From an uncultured bacterium (GTDB lineage: Bacteria > Patescibacteriota > Minisyncoccia > Moranbacterales > GWC2-37-73), in NCBI GenBank assembly GCA_903866285.1, contig CAIPMZ010000066.1, positions 1 to 32,220 on the forward strand: a stretch of 32,220 bases of DNA, written 5' to 3'. The position numbers and the translations under genes are program-made. Below, in pieces: positions 31,257 through 32,220 of the stretch. The stretch's first letter is position 1; the number at the start of each line of letters is the position of its first letter. Below the pieces are notes generated by a model. It saw nothing but the letters and a program-made list of their open reading frames with translations. It made no database searches and was not told the origin of the DNA.

Positions 31257-31568
31257 ACAAAAGACAATACCCAGAAAGCAATTTTGAAATAATTAAGATA
31301 TGATAAACAATACTATTTAAATAACCAAGATACAGGAAACATAAAAATAAGAAACAAGATACAAGAAACAATAACCCCGCCTACCTGCCTATCGGCAGAC
31401 AGGTCGGCAGACAGGCAAACAAAATTCAATAATCAAAATTTAAATATTCAAACCCTTTGTTTTTTGGATCTTGGAAATTGAAATTTGTTTGTGATTTGTA
31501 TCTTGGTGTTTGTATCTTGGATGCTGGCTTTTATTTGGTATTTGTATCTTGTATTTTTTGTTTTCTTT
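31257..31568. repeat. family E mosaic block, internally palindromic (CAAGATAC ... GTATCTTG) with CGGCAGACAGG hairpin modules
   Basis: It contains the inverted copy of 16741..16839, plus direct-orientation TTTGTATCTTGG units at 31490..31555. Confidence 0.85.
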
Positions 31569-32012
31569 CTAGCCAAGTAGTTGAATAAGCGCCAAGGTTA
31601 AAACAAACCCAAGGATGACCCCGACAATGACTTCGCTGACGCGGTGACCAGTGCGTTCTTTCAGGCGCGGATATTTTTCAGTGTCAATATTAAGCTGTTC
31701 GACTAACATATTAAGGTAGCGTCCTTGGTCGCCAAGGTGCATACGCAGTCGAGTAGCATCGTCGATAATTAGAAAGGCTAACGCAATCGCCACGGCGAAA
31801 GCCCCAGAATCGATGCCTTCAAAATAACCAACGGAAGTAATAATGGAAACCGCAAAAGCCGCGTGGGCGCTTGGCATGTGTCCGTGCGTGAGCATATAGC
31901 GAATATCCCAACCATGTTTCAGGCTGTAGAGAATGAATTTGATTGCTTGCACAATTATCCCAACAACAATAGGGATAATGAAAATGGCGTGGTCGATGAT
32001 AAATTGCAACAT
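31569..32012 (-). CDS. divergent PAP2 / DUF212-family membrane protein
   Basis: GHMPSAHAAFAVSI...IIDDATRLRMHLGDQG matches the acid-phosphatase/vanadium-haloperoxidase-related DUF212 pattern. I chose the ATG at 32012 (MLQFII) because the longer ORF extension runs through a repeat copy. Confidence 0.8.
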   Translation of the reverse strand: MLQFIIDHAIFIIPIVVGIIVQAIKFILYSLKHGWDIRYMLTHGHMPSAHAAFAVSIITSVGYFEGIDSGAFAVAIALAFLIIDDATRLRMHLGDQGRYLNMLVEQLNIDTEKYPRLKERTGHRVSEVIVGVILGFVLTLALIQLLG

Positions 32013-32061
32013 AGTTTTTGGTTGTTTAAGAGTTAAGATATTTTCATTATAGCACAAAAAT

Positions 32062-32082
32062 TTCCTAGGGACTAAGTCCCTG
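32062..32082. repeat. half-copy of palindrome family B
   Basis: TTCCTAGGGACTAAGTCCCTG shares the CCTAGGGACT(T/A)AGTCCC core with 4671..4716. Confidence 0.7.
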
Positions 32083-32121
32083 CACTCGCCCATGTCATAC
32101 TTAACACTCTGACATGCCTAA

Positions 32122-32220
32122 AATGGAAAAATACAGTATCATCTCTAGATTTACTCAATTAATCATTGAAGACCCTAGAGATTCTATGCAAATAATAGCA
32201 GAAAACATCCTTAACCCTCA
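32122..32220 (+). CDS. possible 5' end of a gene running off the window
   Basis: ATG at 32122 is followed by 32 open codons to the window edge (MEKYSIISRFTQLIIEDPRD...). No other support. Confidence 0.25.

Noticed and set aside
1-32220. Alternative genetic code (UGA or UAG reassignment, as in some CPR lineages)
   Set aside because: All conserved proteins read full-length under the standard code. TGA terminates the LTD gene, and TAG terminates at least six well-defined genes at expected lengths. The single in-frame TAG in PBP1A is therefore treated as a local anomaly.

Overview
Low-GC bacterial chromosomal segment. The gene set, the near absence of Shine-Dalgarno sequences and the unusually large repeat-filled intergenic regions suggest a small-genome Patescibacteria/CPR-type organism; that assignment is inference, not a search result. 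Housekeeping genes present are ruvB, yebC-ruvC, ruvA, a class A PBP, a FemAB-family transferase, a MurE-like Mur ligase and a DUF212/PAP2-like membrane protein. Between them lie accessory blocks: (i) a 7TM protein followed by three tandem ATP-grasp ligases, one fused to a retropepsin-like domain; (ii) a 1161-aa PilX-N-anchored surface protein combining LamG, Cys-rich repeats, a poly-glycine domain and a fibrinogen/C-type-lectin-like end; (iii) a visibly more GC-rich, SD-using two-gene island (coiled-coil protein plus REC-like protein) with a structured 3' RNA region; (iv) a TrmB / GHKL-ATPase / STAS-like (DUF4325) trio; (v) an AAA+/DUF4143 ATPase cassette and a wHTH-nucleotidyltransferase cassette, each bracketed by direct repeats. 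The most unusual feature is the repeat content. There are several hairpin families, MITE-like elements in 5' leaders, and a mosaic low-complexity element whose modules also sit in-frame inside the MurE-like gene, the FemAB-family gene and a lamin-tail-domain surface protein gene. The PBP1A gene carries an in-frame TAG between its membrane anchor and its catalytic domains. I recognised no rRNA, tRNA or CRISPR array. All family assignments come from motif recognition by eye and need HMM or BLAST confirmation.
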